DNA from: Antedon mediterranea
Lineage: Eukaryota; Animalia; Echinodermata
NCBI RefSeq assembly: GCF_964355755.1
Contig: NC_092673.1
Location: 29,633,648-29,697,647 of the forward strand
Reading direction: 5' to 3'
Length of the DNA stretch: 64,000 nucleotides
A program made the position numbers and the translations under genes. The notes under the pieces are model-generated. The model was not told the DNA's origin. It worked only from the letters and a program-made list of their open reading frames with translations, and did no database searches. Positions 40,401 to 51,905 of the stretch are shown piece after piece (the stretch's first letter is position 1; each line of letters opens with the position of its first letter).

Positions 40401-43259
40401 TCATATAAAGCAATATTAATAAATAATTAATAATAGAATAATATTGTTTGGTAATTTAAATATAAAGATCTTTTTTTTTATTCACCGTTTCATCACTCAT
40501 TTTGATGATTAAGTGTAATTGATTATTTAATATTACTTATTATTAAGTTGGAAAGAGCATTTACTGACTGTTACAAACAATAAAATCCAATATGTTAAGT
40601 AGAATCTGTATTTTTATTTTTAAACAAACGTATCAAATTTGCCAATAACAATATCAGTGTTTTGTATTGAAGAAGCAATGATATTTTATTTTTCAAGTCA
40701 CTTTCAATCGTTGTGTTTAATTACAAAATGCCCGTTAGATGTGAAATTCAGATTTTAATTACTTTGTTTCATTAGATTTGCTCTGATTAGAAAGCCAGAC
40801 ACCTGAGGCGTTCCAATGCTTGGTATGTTACAAACAAAAGAAGACCAAATCAACTAGAAAATGGAATTATAAACCAAAAAGAAACATCATTTTCTTCTCA
40901 TATTTATCTTCTTATAATTGTGAATTAAGGTCTGATTACTGACTACTGACACTCTTACACTGCAAATAGTAATTTCGTTAATCTTTTCATTTTAGTAAAA
41001 TTTGTTCTAGTTATTTATGTGTCTGAATATTTTTTTTTTGATTTGTTTTACTGCCATGGCTAAAATATTCGCAGATGATAATAAAATAAATTAATAAAAC
41101 AAATAGAAAACTGTAAACAAATTAAACCGGTGTCATATTGCGTATTATAAATTCAAATTTGTTCATATAAAATCAAGTTCTTTTTTTATGAATGTAAGTT
41201 GAGAAATCGCAATGAAAGTTTATATACAATGATTTTGTTGTTCATTTACAATAATTCTTATATTATGAATATTAAAAATGAAAACAAAGCTGACGGAAAG
41301 TGTCTTTTCTCACTTAAAATCTAAGGTTGTTATCATAATATGAGTTTGAGCTTTTATTACAATAGTGAATCCATTCAGAGAGCCTCGGCAACGAGTCAAT
41401 ATTAACACATAAAGCACTGTATAGTAGACTAATGCATACTGAGCCATCTGGAGCGCGAGATTGAAAGATAATAATCAAGTGTGTAGTATATATACGAGAG
41501 TTGAATGGATAAGAGATTTGATTAAGGGATATATATAACGTAATAGGGATATAGACACTGCCTAAGGCTGTCTCTTTCTCCATTGATGAACAATGTTGCT
41601 TAAGGCTTAAACATTAGCTCGCATTAGCCTTGCGACGACCAGGCATGTAAAGATAACTATTGAATGAACAAAATACACATTCTTTATAATATCTAATTCA
41701 CAGATAATTGGATAATTATAGAAATTATAAGATATCGAGTACATTGGGTTATTATTAAGTATTGATATCTAATTTTCGAGTCCGGTGATCTTGCATCTTT
41801 CGATCTCTCCTTTTATAACACTCAATAGCTAATCCACAAGAAGATTAGCTCAACGTAACTCGATCCGTTTCACCAACACGTTAATGTACGAGGTAATTTG
41901 CTGTAGGGGTGTGTGCTTTAGGAAGAATGAAACTGGAGAAATGTATTAAATATGATCAAATTATGTTTTTGCTTTTATGACATTTAGAAGCTAGCTAGCG
42001 ACGATCATGTTACCTTATCAGGTCATCAACCAATGTAAAGAAAATAAAATTGTATCAATTCTAAATTGGGTTAAGGTTAGATCTTTTCTGCTTGTGCAAT
42101 TCAGATGTGTCAAAGAAAAACAAGCAATTACGCAATGATAATGCACAATATTTGTATAATCAAACGTAATTAGAAATCGCAATTTGCTGGACAACCAAAA
42201 AAATGTTATCCTTATTTGTGGTGTAATAATATAAAAATGATTAAATTTATTTATAACGGAAATGTGGTTTAATACATATTTACATTTTGTAATATGAGTA
42301 AGTAATATGATAAATATAAGCATGTACTTTCATGAAACACATTCTTATTGTCGGGTTTCATCACGAGAAACACATTTTTTCCAGATAAATGTCATTATTT
42401 TGTCCAAAAGAGGCGATTTAAAATTTGAAACTCTGCGGATAAAAATATTTACTTGAATATAAATCAGATTGTCTCCACTAGCGCTAGACGAAATTAGATT
42501 ATTTTTGTTGTTATTTTATTCTTCGTCTAATTTTAATGACAAATAACCATATTGTGCTAATAATATTATGAAGTAATTTAATATCAAATAACCATAATAA
42601 TATCAGCAACCATAATATAAGAAGTCAATTATTGTTTACCCTAGTGTCATCAATTTGATACGATAGCTAGAAGCAGGTTTGACCGTCGGTCAGCCATAAA
42701 GTGACCTGTACTTGTTTTTTATCCTTTCTTATCAGATTCAATAAGATATATTCCCATGTTGATTATTTAATATTATACCTTATGACAAGTGAGACATTGA
42801 CTAAACACAATCACTTTGAATACCACTCTTATTAGAATACTATCTAGCTATTTAAAGTCAGCTCTAAATTTTCATTTATCCTGATTGACCAGTTGTCAAT
42901 TGACCGAAGTAGTAAATTGGCCGATAAAGTTATGAGAACGCTCTTTTGCTTGTCATTTATATGCATATTTATTCATAGGTTTCTCGTATTCAAAGATGTA
43001 TGTTATTTCCTACGTGTGATTTTCACTATATTTCTTTGAGTAAATTATTGTTATTAAACGACAAAGTCTATCGCTGTCTTATCTTTGTTTTTAGTAAGTT
43101 TGAGAAAAAATTGCAAAATAAAATAAAAATGTGTTAACAGTACACGTTTTTCAAACAAATATTTTTATTTTTATTACATAATGTTAATTTTAATTTTTTA
43201 ATAAATCTAAATCTATATTTTTACTGTATACTCAATGCTACATTGATTATATTTTTCAG

Positions 43260-43341
43260 ATTCTTTTTGAAATTCTTTTTGAAGTGTAACCAGAATTGTT
43301 TGAAGAATGCAGGAAATCCACGGGATATGCGACGATTTCAG
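43260..43341 (+). CDS. COE: COE exon, DNA-binding domain: (R)[27 protein letters not shown]
   Basis: tttttcag acceptor and gtgagt donor; 82 nt; peptide matches the invariant EBF sequence. Confidence 0.98.
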
Positions 43342-46300
43342 GTGAGTACGATAACATTGGATGCTTTAATTACGTTAAATTAAACAATTTGTACCAAACA
43401 GGAATGTAGTCAACATTTGATTGTATATTTCTGGAAACTTTTTTTAAGTACATAGATGTGCGTATGTGATAATTTATACGTACGTGTGTAGGTTCGCGTG
43501 AATTTTATAAATTTATTCATAAACACGTACCTACACCTGGAATGAACACATCTCAATTGACCCTATCACCAATAACATCAGAACAAGGACACTGCTGTAA
43601 TATTAAACACTAAAGCTATTCAATTTCTGCAACTAGAGCGGCATTTAACACGTAAATATACCACGCCATGATGTTTAATCAAGTAAACCTGCCTAGCCAG
43701 CTTATGGTGTTAGTTTTCAATTTACAGACTCAACTCATTCTCTTAATACCCGATACGCCAGTACAAATACTAATAAGACGTTTTTTAATTGGGTTAATTC
43801 AACAATTGAATTTCATGCCTTATTGTGACGATTGTTCACTGAACGTCTTGTAGACGAAGGATGTGAAATTATGTTAAGATGAATTGCTGTTGTTACTACT
43901 ACTACTAGGCTAGATATTCTGAAAATAATATTTCAAAGAGTGATTCGTAGCTAAAACATAATCCTTAAGGAAAATCCACAAGATTGTTTATTAATAATTA
44001 TAATATGAAATATCGTAGTCGCATAACAATTATTAAAAAAGCAAAATATGTCTTTAAAATATCAGTCACTTGGCAGATTACATATTTTTCGTTAAAAAAA
44101 AACAACAAATTATTGGTTTTAACTTGAAATAGAAAAAAAAATCATAATTGTATAATTATATATTCCATATCAAAAAGGGCTTAAAATGAGAAATCTCCTG
44201 GCAACCATGCATGAAATTTATGTTTTGCTACTTTGATCGTGCTTATGCGAATTTGAAACCATTTTGATTCAAAGAAAAGTAGTGAAATATATTATTAGCT
44301 TGGATCGTGTTAAATATAATATTCATAACGTAACATAACACCAGGGTGCATTTGTGATGCTCTAAATGCTTCAAAATTACACAAATCTCTTTCCCAAAGT
44401 TGTAAAAAAAATAATGTGTAGCCGTTGTAACCTTGAGAGACACTTATCACAGAGGAATATTGAAAATAGAAAAATATGTCATATTTGCTCATAATAATTC
44501 TATGTTTTATATTTTATTTTATTAGTCAATAACATTAAATTTGAATATATCATCTTTCTTCGAACTTTAGAAAGGTTATGGTGAAAGATTCTAAAGAATT
44601 GAAATGTGTATTGTGAAATAAGAAAAGAATATTTAAAAGGAACATACTTGTTAATTTCAAAGAAACAATTTAAATTTAAAGATACATTGTTCCCCTTAAA
44701 AAATATTAGTTTTTTCAATTTTTTTGTTTAATATGTCATTTTGATGTCACATAATAATTATTCACTTTGACAAAAAACTGGATAAAAAAAAAATATTTTA
44801 CCTGAAAATTATGTAATTTAAACCAACAAATTGTCTGGTCTGGTTTTTGGTTAAAATTTACTATTTTATTTGTGTTTTTATAAGTAAGGTAATTATTTTT
44901 TGGGTGTTTTTTTTAAACAGAAGTGAATAACTTTATTAAAACTGCAAAATGGCATATTTAAAGTCTGATTTTACACATTTACAGTACTAAAAAGTTTTAA
45001 TCTTGTGTAAGGAAAATACTGTATGTTAAATTCATCTTTTTTTGTGTGTGTAGGTTGTTATCGCAACAACACCAAATGTCGACGGCCATGTTTTGTCTGT
45101 TTCTGACAACATGTTTGTCCACAACAACTCCAAACACGGCCGACGAGCTCGTCGTTTGGATCCGTCGGAAGGAGGTAAGTCTGTCACGTTCTTGTACGTG
45201 ATCACCAAAATTTAGCTAGTGGTTTAAGTGAAAAATCAATCGTAATTAATTGGAAGTCGGGAGACTGAATTGAAACTTTACATTAGATTTGAAAATTATC
45301 ATTTCCATCTCGTCGAGAAGTTGGTATCCATTTTTTGTAATTATATACAAAATAATATTTGGATGTCAGTATTTATGTTTTACAAATGCTACCAATATTT
45401 AATATATATTGTTTTTATACGAGTGTTGTACATCAACGTACGAGTATTCTCAACACATGTCCCACGTGAGGAGAGCAACGGGAGTTATTCTCAGTCGCGT
45501 GTAGAGTGTTTGCAACAACAGTCGCAATCATTAATCACCATCAAAAATGAACAATTCCAACTCAAGATGCTCAAGATTCAAACATTGACTTCAGTCGATA
45601 CGTTATTGGCGACTCTAAATCATACCAAGCATTGTGTGCAACATAAACTTGTCAGCGTTTCTTCAAAGTTAATTGTATCACAAAAATATGAAAAAAATAC
45701 AAAGTTGATAGAAATGTCTCGCGTTCCTTGACTCTCTCTTTATTGTTTAAAAACAATTTTATTGAACAGATGCATTTTGTATGTGAATTTTTTATTATTT
45801 TGTTTACATTAAACTTGCTGAGTTTTATTTAATTGATGTGAAGCATAACTTATTTATGTTTTTAATGAATCATTTTTAGCAATCTTAGCAAAATTAATTT
45901 GATATCTTTTCAGCAACTCCTTGCATCAAAGCTATAAGTCCGAGTGAAGGGTGGACCAATGGTGGCGCTACAGTTATAATCGTTGGCGACAACTTCTTTG
46001 ACGGTTTACAAGTAGTTTTCGGGACGATGATTGTTTGGAGTGAGGTAATTCATTTGTCAATCACTACAAGTTTATCAATTGTTTCTTTAAGATTAGCCGA
46101 ACGCCTGCAGATAATCTGTTTGCAAACCGTAATCATTTGAGATTATGTTTTAACGATAGATGATGTTATGATAACGCTGATTTCATCAAAGTAGTTCTAA
46201 TTTTGGAGGTAACATCCGGAACAGGCAAATGTGCTTTGTGTCGTCAACCAAAACTGTTCATTAACCTTCAATTGAAACTGAATAACAACATTTATTTATA

Positions 46301-49300
46301 TCAAAATATTCCTCCTTCTAAAGTTCTATAGATAGAACTATGTTGAATTCTTTTTTTTTTATTTGAAAAGGAACGTGATAAAATACAAAGTGAATGGATA
46401 AATTATATGTAGTATAACCATAGTATGTCTAAACTTATTTCTACAAATATTTTAAATAGAATACTGTACTGTAAATAGTACAACAAGAACAAGATGTAGT
46501 TTTATGAATGAGAAATGGAACAAAAAATGAAATGTTTTTAGCATGGGAAGAGCACTAATTCCCTGGTTTCACTTTTACAAGTTTTCATCAGAGGGTATCG
46601 TAAAGTAATATAATGCCATAAAATTTGTTTGGAAAAAGTTTCAAATCCCTTATTTAATAATATTTTGTATAATTTTTGTTACAGTTAATCACGTCACATG
46701 CCATCCGTGTACAGACACCTCCTAGGCACATACCGGGTGTGGTTGAGGTAACACTGTCGTACAAATCCAAGCAGTTTTGTAAGGGAGCGCCAGGCAGGTT
46801 TGTGTACGTGTCATTAACGGATCCAACCATCGATTACGGGTTTCAACGACTTAGTAAGTTAGTACCTCGTCATCCAGGTGATCCAGAGAGACTTCCAAAG
46901 GTGAGTGGACAGGTGTTTTATTCTACTTATGCAAATGAGTAGCAAGGCATTAAATTGAAAAAAGTATATGGAAATAAAAATACTGCAAAGTTATAATAAA
47001 ACATTTTCGGACCAAATAAAGCTTTTTCCGTTATTTATTTATTTTTATTTTTTAAGTCGGTTTTTCAGCTATAGTGATAATTTCTTTAAATGTAATTAAT
47101 GGTATTAAATCATTCGCACAATAAACTTTTTAAATTTATGTTTTTGTAATGAAATTTCTTGATTTATACAATGTCTTTCAAATATTCAAACTTTAAGACA
47201 ACTATAAACTTAATAAAATACTTCAGTTGTTTGTTTTATGACGAATACTACCAAAAAAATATTTGAAACAATATCTGTATAATAAAGTTAGTTTATGATT
47301 ATGAAAGAATATACTCATCAAACTAGAGAACAAATTTATTTTTATAGTTTAGGAACCACGAATGTGAGCCAAACAAAAGTTTCCCATTAACAACAAATGT
47401 TCAATTTTACGACGTACACGCTTTGACTTCTTTGCGGAAAACATGAACATAAAAATCTGATACACCTTCTGAAGATTGCGCTTCTCATTAATTTTACAGG
47501 AAATTATTCTCAAGAGGGCGGCAGACCTGGCTGAAGCGATTTACAGCAGCATGCCACGGAATCAACTGCCAGGCCTAGGTACTCCGAGATCTCCAGCCAT
47601 CAATAACACTCCTCCTGTTTCCGGTAGTTTGATGCCGGTTAACCATCCCTTCGGTAGCCAACTGTCCGTAGCAGATCATCATGATAGTAGTGAACAATCA
47701 GGTTTGTCTATGACAGGTCTACTAAAACACATTTTAGCTACCTTTTGTACATTTTTGTCGGTTATAAAAACCTCATTAAAGAGACAAAGAACATGAAATG
47801 ACTTGTGTGTTTTCCCTTGGCTTGTTCTCTCAACAGCTGTTGCATGTTTTTTAATCTTACCTGTTTCAAATATTTTGAGTTATTTTTATATCAATAAAAA
47901 CATGAGGAATATCATAAATACGTATTAAACTACTGTATGCTGTAATATTAATATTTAGTTTTGCATTTGTTTACTGTTTGTTATATAAAATTTATTAATT
48001 AACTAAGAACATACAGTAATATTAATTTTTCTTTATGATTATGTCTTTGTATTTATACGTTTATTTTTTTCTCTTTGCCCAGGATTTTCAAGAGTACAAC
48101 CCACGACCCTGTCACCTAGAGGGTACCCATCTGGTCTGTCCACTCATTCAAATGGTAGCTCAGGTTCCTACTCCTCATCAGCAATGAACGGCTATGGGCC
48201 AACTAACGGGCTCTCCAACATGGGAGTACCGTCATCGCCGGGCATTTTCAACGGTGCACCAAGTAAGTTTACTGTTTCATTTTCACACACCCAAACATTA
48301 ATATTTAACCCTGGTAAGGAATGAACTCAGGAACGCAAAGATCTCGACTGCCATTCGATTTATATTCTCATGTTGGTTACTTTTTAACTAATATCCAGTT
48401 CATAGAGTCAGTGGATAAAAAAATTAATTTTAAAAATACATAAGCATGAATATGTGTTATTACCAGTGTATAAATAAGGGAACATATTCAATGTGTGAGT
48501 GCCACTTCCAATGCGGTTCAGAAGAGAATTCTTTTTAATACAGTTTTCTCCGCTTAAAACAATCCACTTTTTTTGACATGCTTGCTTTTTTTGTTGTGTA
48601 TCATATTATCTCCCGATCCAAGTGAAAGTGTGTTCAACTTTCAAGTTGTTTCATTTATCCACCGAAGTGAATGGCAATATTTACAGCTCTTGTCTGCTTT
48701 CTTTATTTTTATTTCTGCTTCACACGTTATTCATACTTTTTTGCTCAAACATTCTCTCTTTTGTTGTACTTCCACACACACATTTTTTTGTTTTTCTTTT
48801 TCTTTTCTGCTTTCGCTAGCAGTAATTCCTTCCTCACCGACTGCGCCCCAAACCCCAAGCAGTTCGGGCGAAAATCAGGCCACGCACGCAACTACTCCGG
48901 GGATATTCTCGTTCTCGCCCGCCAACATGATCACGGCCGTTAAACAGAAGAGTGCTTTTGCACCGGTTATTCGGTGTCCGTCCAGCCCATCCAATGTTGG
49001 CACTAATCAAGGTGAGGTTTACCGGCAGATGTCTTTGCAATCCAAAATGCCTCTATTCTAACCCTGCATTCCACCTGCTTTCACTGTGGCTTGCTAACCA
49101 TTGCACGATTTATGTTTTTATCACCTTATTCACATTTTCCTTAATCCATTTTCCTTATTTTTTACTAACATTTCCCTCTTTGCAGATTTGATGTCATTAG
49201 TTCTATTCATAGAACAGTGTTTAAATTTGAAACACGTTTTCGTTTCCACATGTATTTTGGGAAATTAAAAAAAAAATTCAGAATGAGAAATGAATATGTA

Positions 49301-50738
49301 TTTTATATGGAGCCTAAAATAACATTGAACTTTAGAATATTAAACGTAGAATGTAGATTATTAGAATAACTTGTCAAATACCTAAACTTAATTATAATGT
49401 TAGTTTGTTTTCCTCAAGATAACTAATCGTAGTGTTATTAGTAGTAGAATATTAACAATATCAAGTTAACAATAGTATTTTTAATCATTAATTTTTTCAA
49501 TAATTATTATACATATATACATTTTGGTGTAAATGACAGAAATCTGTTTGTACAAGCTTTTAAAAATCCTCAATAAAACTGAAATAAGTTGGCAGGTGGA
49601 GGATTTTTGTTGGTGGTGCTACATGAACACAAAGTGTATATAAATAAATATACAATCGATATATAATAAAATTTCATTTCACCGATCACGCACTCATTCC
49701 ATGTTTTGTCTTTTCATATTAATGAGCACATCTTAATTTCAACGCTATTTGCTTTTTCTTAAAACAAAAGCATAACGCCACAATTCCATTGTTGCACCTC
49801 CTATCTTCAATAAAACTTTGATTGTGTTTAATGTGTATTATTGGGTCACCTCCTGTGCCTGTACTGTCAAATAATTGCCATATCATAACAATTGGAGATA
49901 GATTTAATGTGTATCTTTGATAAGATGATTAGGCCAATAGGTTGTTATGAAAAATAAATGAATTTTTATTCCTTTTTTCTTTCTTCATGCGCCAATTCTA
50001 TCAAATTTAGTTAGTTATTAAAATGCTACTTGATATAAATTAAATTGATGATTGTTATTTTGTAAGTCATGTTGGTAGTGATAATTTTTTTCTAAAATTC
50101 ATTTATTTTATCATTCTTAAAGGGAAAACATGGTCGTGGTCCTGGTGAAGCGAAACAATAGGAAACAGAAGTTAGTTAATTCTCCTTTTTTTTCTTTGAA
50201 AACTGCAAACAAAAATGTTTAATAATTTAGAATTATTAATAATTTTAATAATAGGATAGATTTATAAACTACATTTTTACAATACTTTTAAATATTTTAT
50301 AGTTGAATAAATTAAGAAATTAGAAATTTTAAGTAAGTTGGCAAAAGAAGTTTTTAAAATCTTTCCGCAAGCTTTACGTAAAATATGCATGGCAGTTGCT
50401 AACACGTTTGTCAAATCTGAGTAAACATTCATTGAAATGCTTTTGAAAATTATAAAATACAACCATGCTCTTTGAAATAATTATAATTTGGAGCAAAAAA
50501 TAAAGGTACACAATTCTAGTCTACCAGTATATTGTTGTCACAAATATTTTATGTTTGGTTTCAGGGTATTAAATAGAAATATTATTTTTCAATTCATAAT
50601 TCTTAATAAATGTGTTTTTATTTAACAGGGAATACTGCTATGATGTCGCCGCCGTCGTTCTGTGGAGTGGGCGGTCCATTTGCTTTACCCACGTGCAGTG
50701 GCTCATATAGCAGTCATATTGATAGCCCACCAAAATAG
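43260..50738 (+). CDS. COE: Collier/Olf/EBF (COE) transcription factor, 5'-partial spliced CDS: join(43260..43341,45054..45174,45914..46044,46685..46900,47500..47701,48083..48262,48820..49011,50629..50738)
   Basis: Manual translation gives hallmark COE motifs in the expected order. All introns are GT-AG and phases chain consistently (2,0,1,0,0,1,1,1) to TAG at 50736-50738. Confidence 0.96.
45054..45174 (+). CDS. COE: COE exon, end of DBD: [40 protein letters not shown]
   Basis: tgtag acceptor and gtaagt donor; 121 nt; [15 protein letters not shown] signature. Confidence 0.98.
45914..46044 (+). CDS. COE: COE exon, IPT/TIG domain start: [44 protein letters not shown]
   Basis: ttttcag acceptor and gtaatt donor; 131 nt. 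Confidence 0.98.
46685..46900 (+). CDS. COE: COE exon, IPT/TIG plus HLH helix 1: [22 protein letters not shown]...[10 protein letters not shown]
   Basis: ttacag acceptor and gtgagt donor; 216 nt; lies within ORF 46676..46942. Confidence 0.98.
47500..47701 (+). CDS. COE: COE exon, HLH helix 2 and start of C-terminal region: [22 protein letters not shown]...
   Basis: ttttacag acceptor and gtttgt donor; 202 nt; [10 protein letters not shown] motif. Confidence 0.95.
48083..48262 (+). CDS. COE: COE exon, Ser/Pro/Gly-rich tail: [14 protein letters not shown]...MNGYG...[13 protein letters not shown]
   Basis: Polypyrimidine tract plus cag, gtaagt donor; 180 nt and open. SPRGY, MNGYG and GVP.SPG motifs are typical of EBF tails. 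Confidence 0.93.
48820..49011 (+). CDS. COE: COE exon: VIPSSPT...[25 protein letters not shown]...; alternative start at 48823 (NAGNAG)
   Basis: Long U-rich tract, TAGCAG acceptor and gtgagg donor; conserved [19 protein letters not shown] motif. Confidence 0.93.
50629..50738 (+). CDS. COE: Probable terminal COE coding exon: [36 protein letters not shown]
   Basis: tttaacag acceptor; GC-rich block in an AT-rich context; in frame with the phase-1 donor at 49011. PFALPTC resembles an invertebrate Collier C-terminal motif (from memory). Confidence 0.8.
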
Positions 50739-51716
50739 CTGAAATATATAAAAATATATGAAAAAAAAAACAATTATAAATCAGGAAAAGGAACTACTGT
50801 ATAGACTTAGTTGTGACAACGTTTTTCTCTGGAGCTCACAAAAAAAAGGAGTGATGACGACGCAGCCAACATGAACAAATTCTGAAATAAGATTGTCTTC
50901 AACAGATGTGGATCACCTGATCATATGAACAGTCATGTGGTCAGTCATGTGACATTGGGATGGGAGGGTGAATATTAGCAATGAGATTTTTAGGAAAATG
51001 TTTTTATATTCTCGCATTGTATTCTGGACATTTAGGATTAAGTTATTGAAAAATATACAGAACAATTTTATACAAGATAATACTAAGCATGATTTTACTG
51101 AACGCATGAACAAAAAGGGCACAAAAAGGGCACGATGATTTGCTGCATTTGAAATAGTAAAACATATTTTTTGTGTTCTGGTTGATTCCATGATATATGA
51201 AGATGTGTGTGAGTGTATGTATGCCAAAGCACTGGTAGAAGAGATTTTGATGATGATGATGATGTTGATGATTATGATGATGATGATTTGTAACATACAA
51301 CCGAACATTAAACATATCCCTATGTGTATTTTTTACAAACATTAAAGTTAGTTTTGTCAGATCAGTATGTTTAGAATATATTTGGTGTGTTACTATGGTA
51401 ATTTAAGGTTAGGTTAGACCAATGATTAATATTTTTTTATTATGTATTATTGGTATTATTAAAATCTTATATTAGACATTCATCAGACATTAACAAAAGA
51501 AACATTTCCATGTTAGCAACATGAGTTGTATACTTACAATTCCATGTGATTATACTAATGCTCAGATGTATAGAAAAATAGTTTTCAGACGTTTTAATGG
51601 TAGGACAATTTTAAGTCATTAATTTGTCAGGATAAAATAAAGTTTAACTAATTTTATACCTCATTTACTTACCAGAATTTTGATCAACTATTTCTACTTA
51701 AGAGACATAGCAAACT

Positions 51717-51905
51717 TACTTAAAGTGAATTGTATGTCTTCGGTGAAATAGGAAACTCCTATTTGTACCTAAGTGTGATAGTAGATGTCTATTGGTACTT
51801 AAGTGAAATATCAAACTTCTATTTGTACTTATGTATGATAGTAGATATCTATAATTGGTACTTAGGTGAAATAACAAAGTTCTAATTGCACTTAAGTGAA
51901 ATAAC
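51717..51905. repeat. Degenerate ~30-bp tandem repeat (TACTTAAGTGAAATA core) in the putative COE 3' UTR
   Basis: The core recurs at about 51767, 51797, 51827, 51859 and 51890. Confidence 0.7.

Larger units (their letters stand above)
1..43259 (+). other. 3' part of a very large COE intron within the DNA-binding domain (>43 kb)
   Basis: The expected upstream exon ([23 protein letters not shown]) and any other credible gene were not found upstream of 43260. Confidence 0.8.

Noticed and set aside
1875-42466. Many TGATNNAT (Pbx-Hox) and TAAT motifs
   Set aside because: Expected at high frequency in DNA this AT-rich; uninformative without conservation data.
20839-43536. Short hairpins at 20839, 21612, 24397 and 43486 as pre-miRNAs
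   Set aside because: Stems of 8-10 bp are too short, and I recognised no known mature miRNA.
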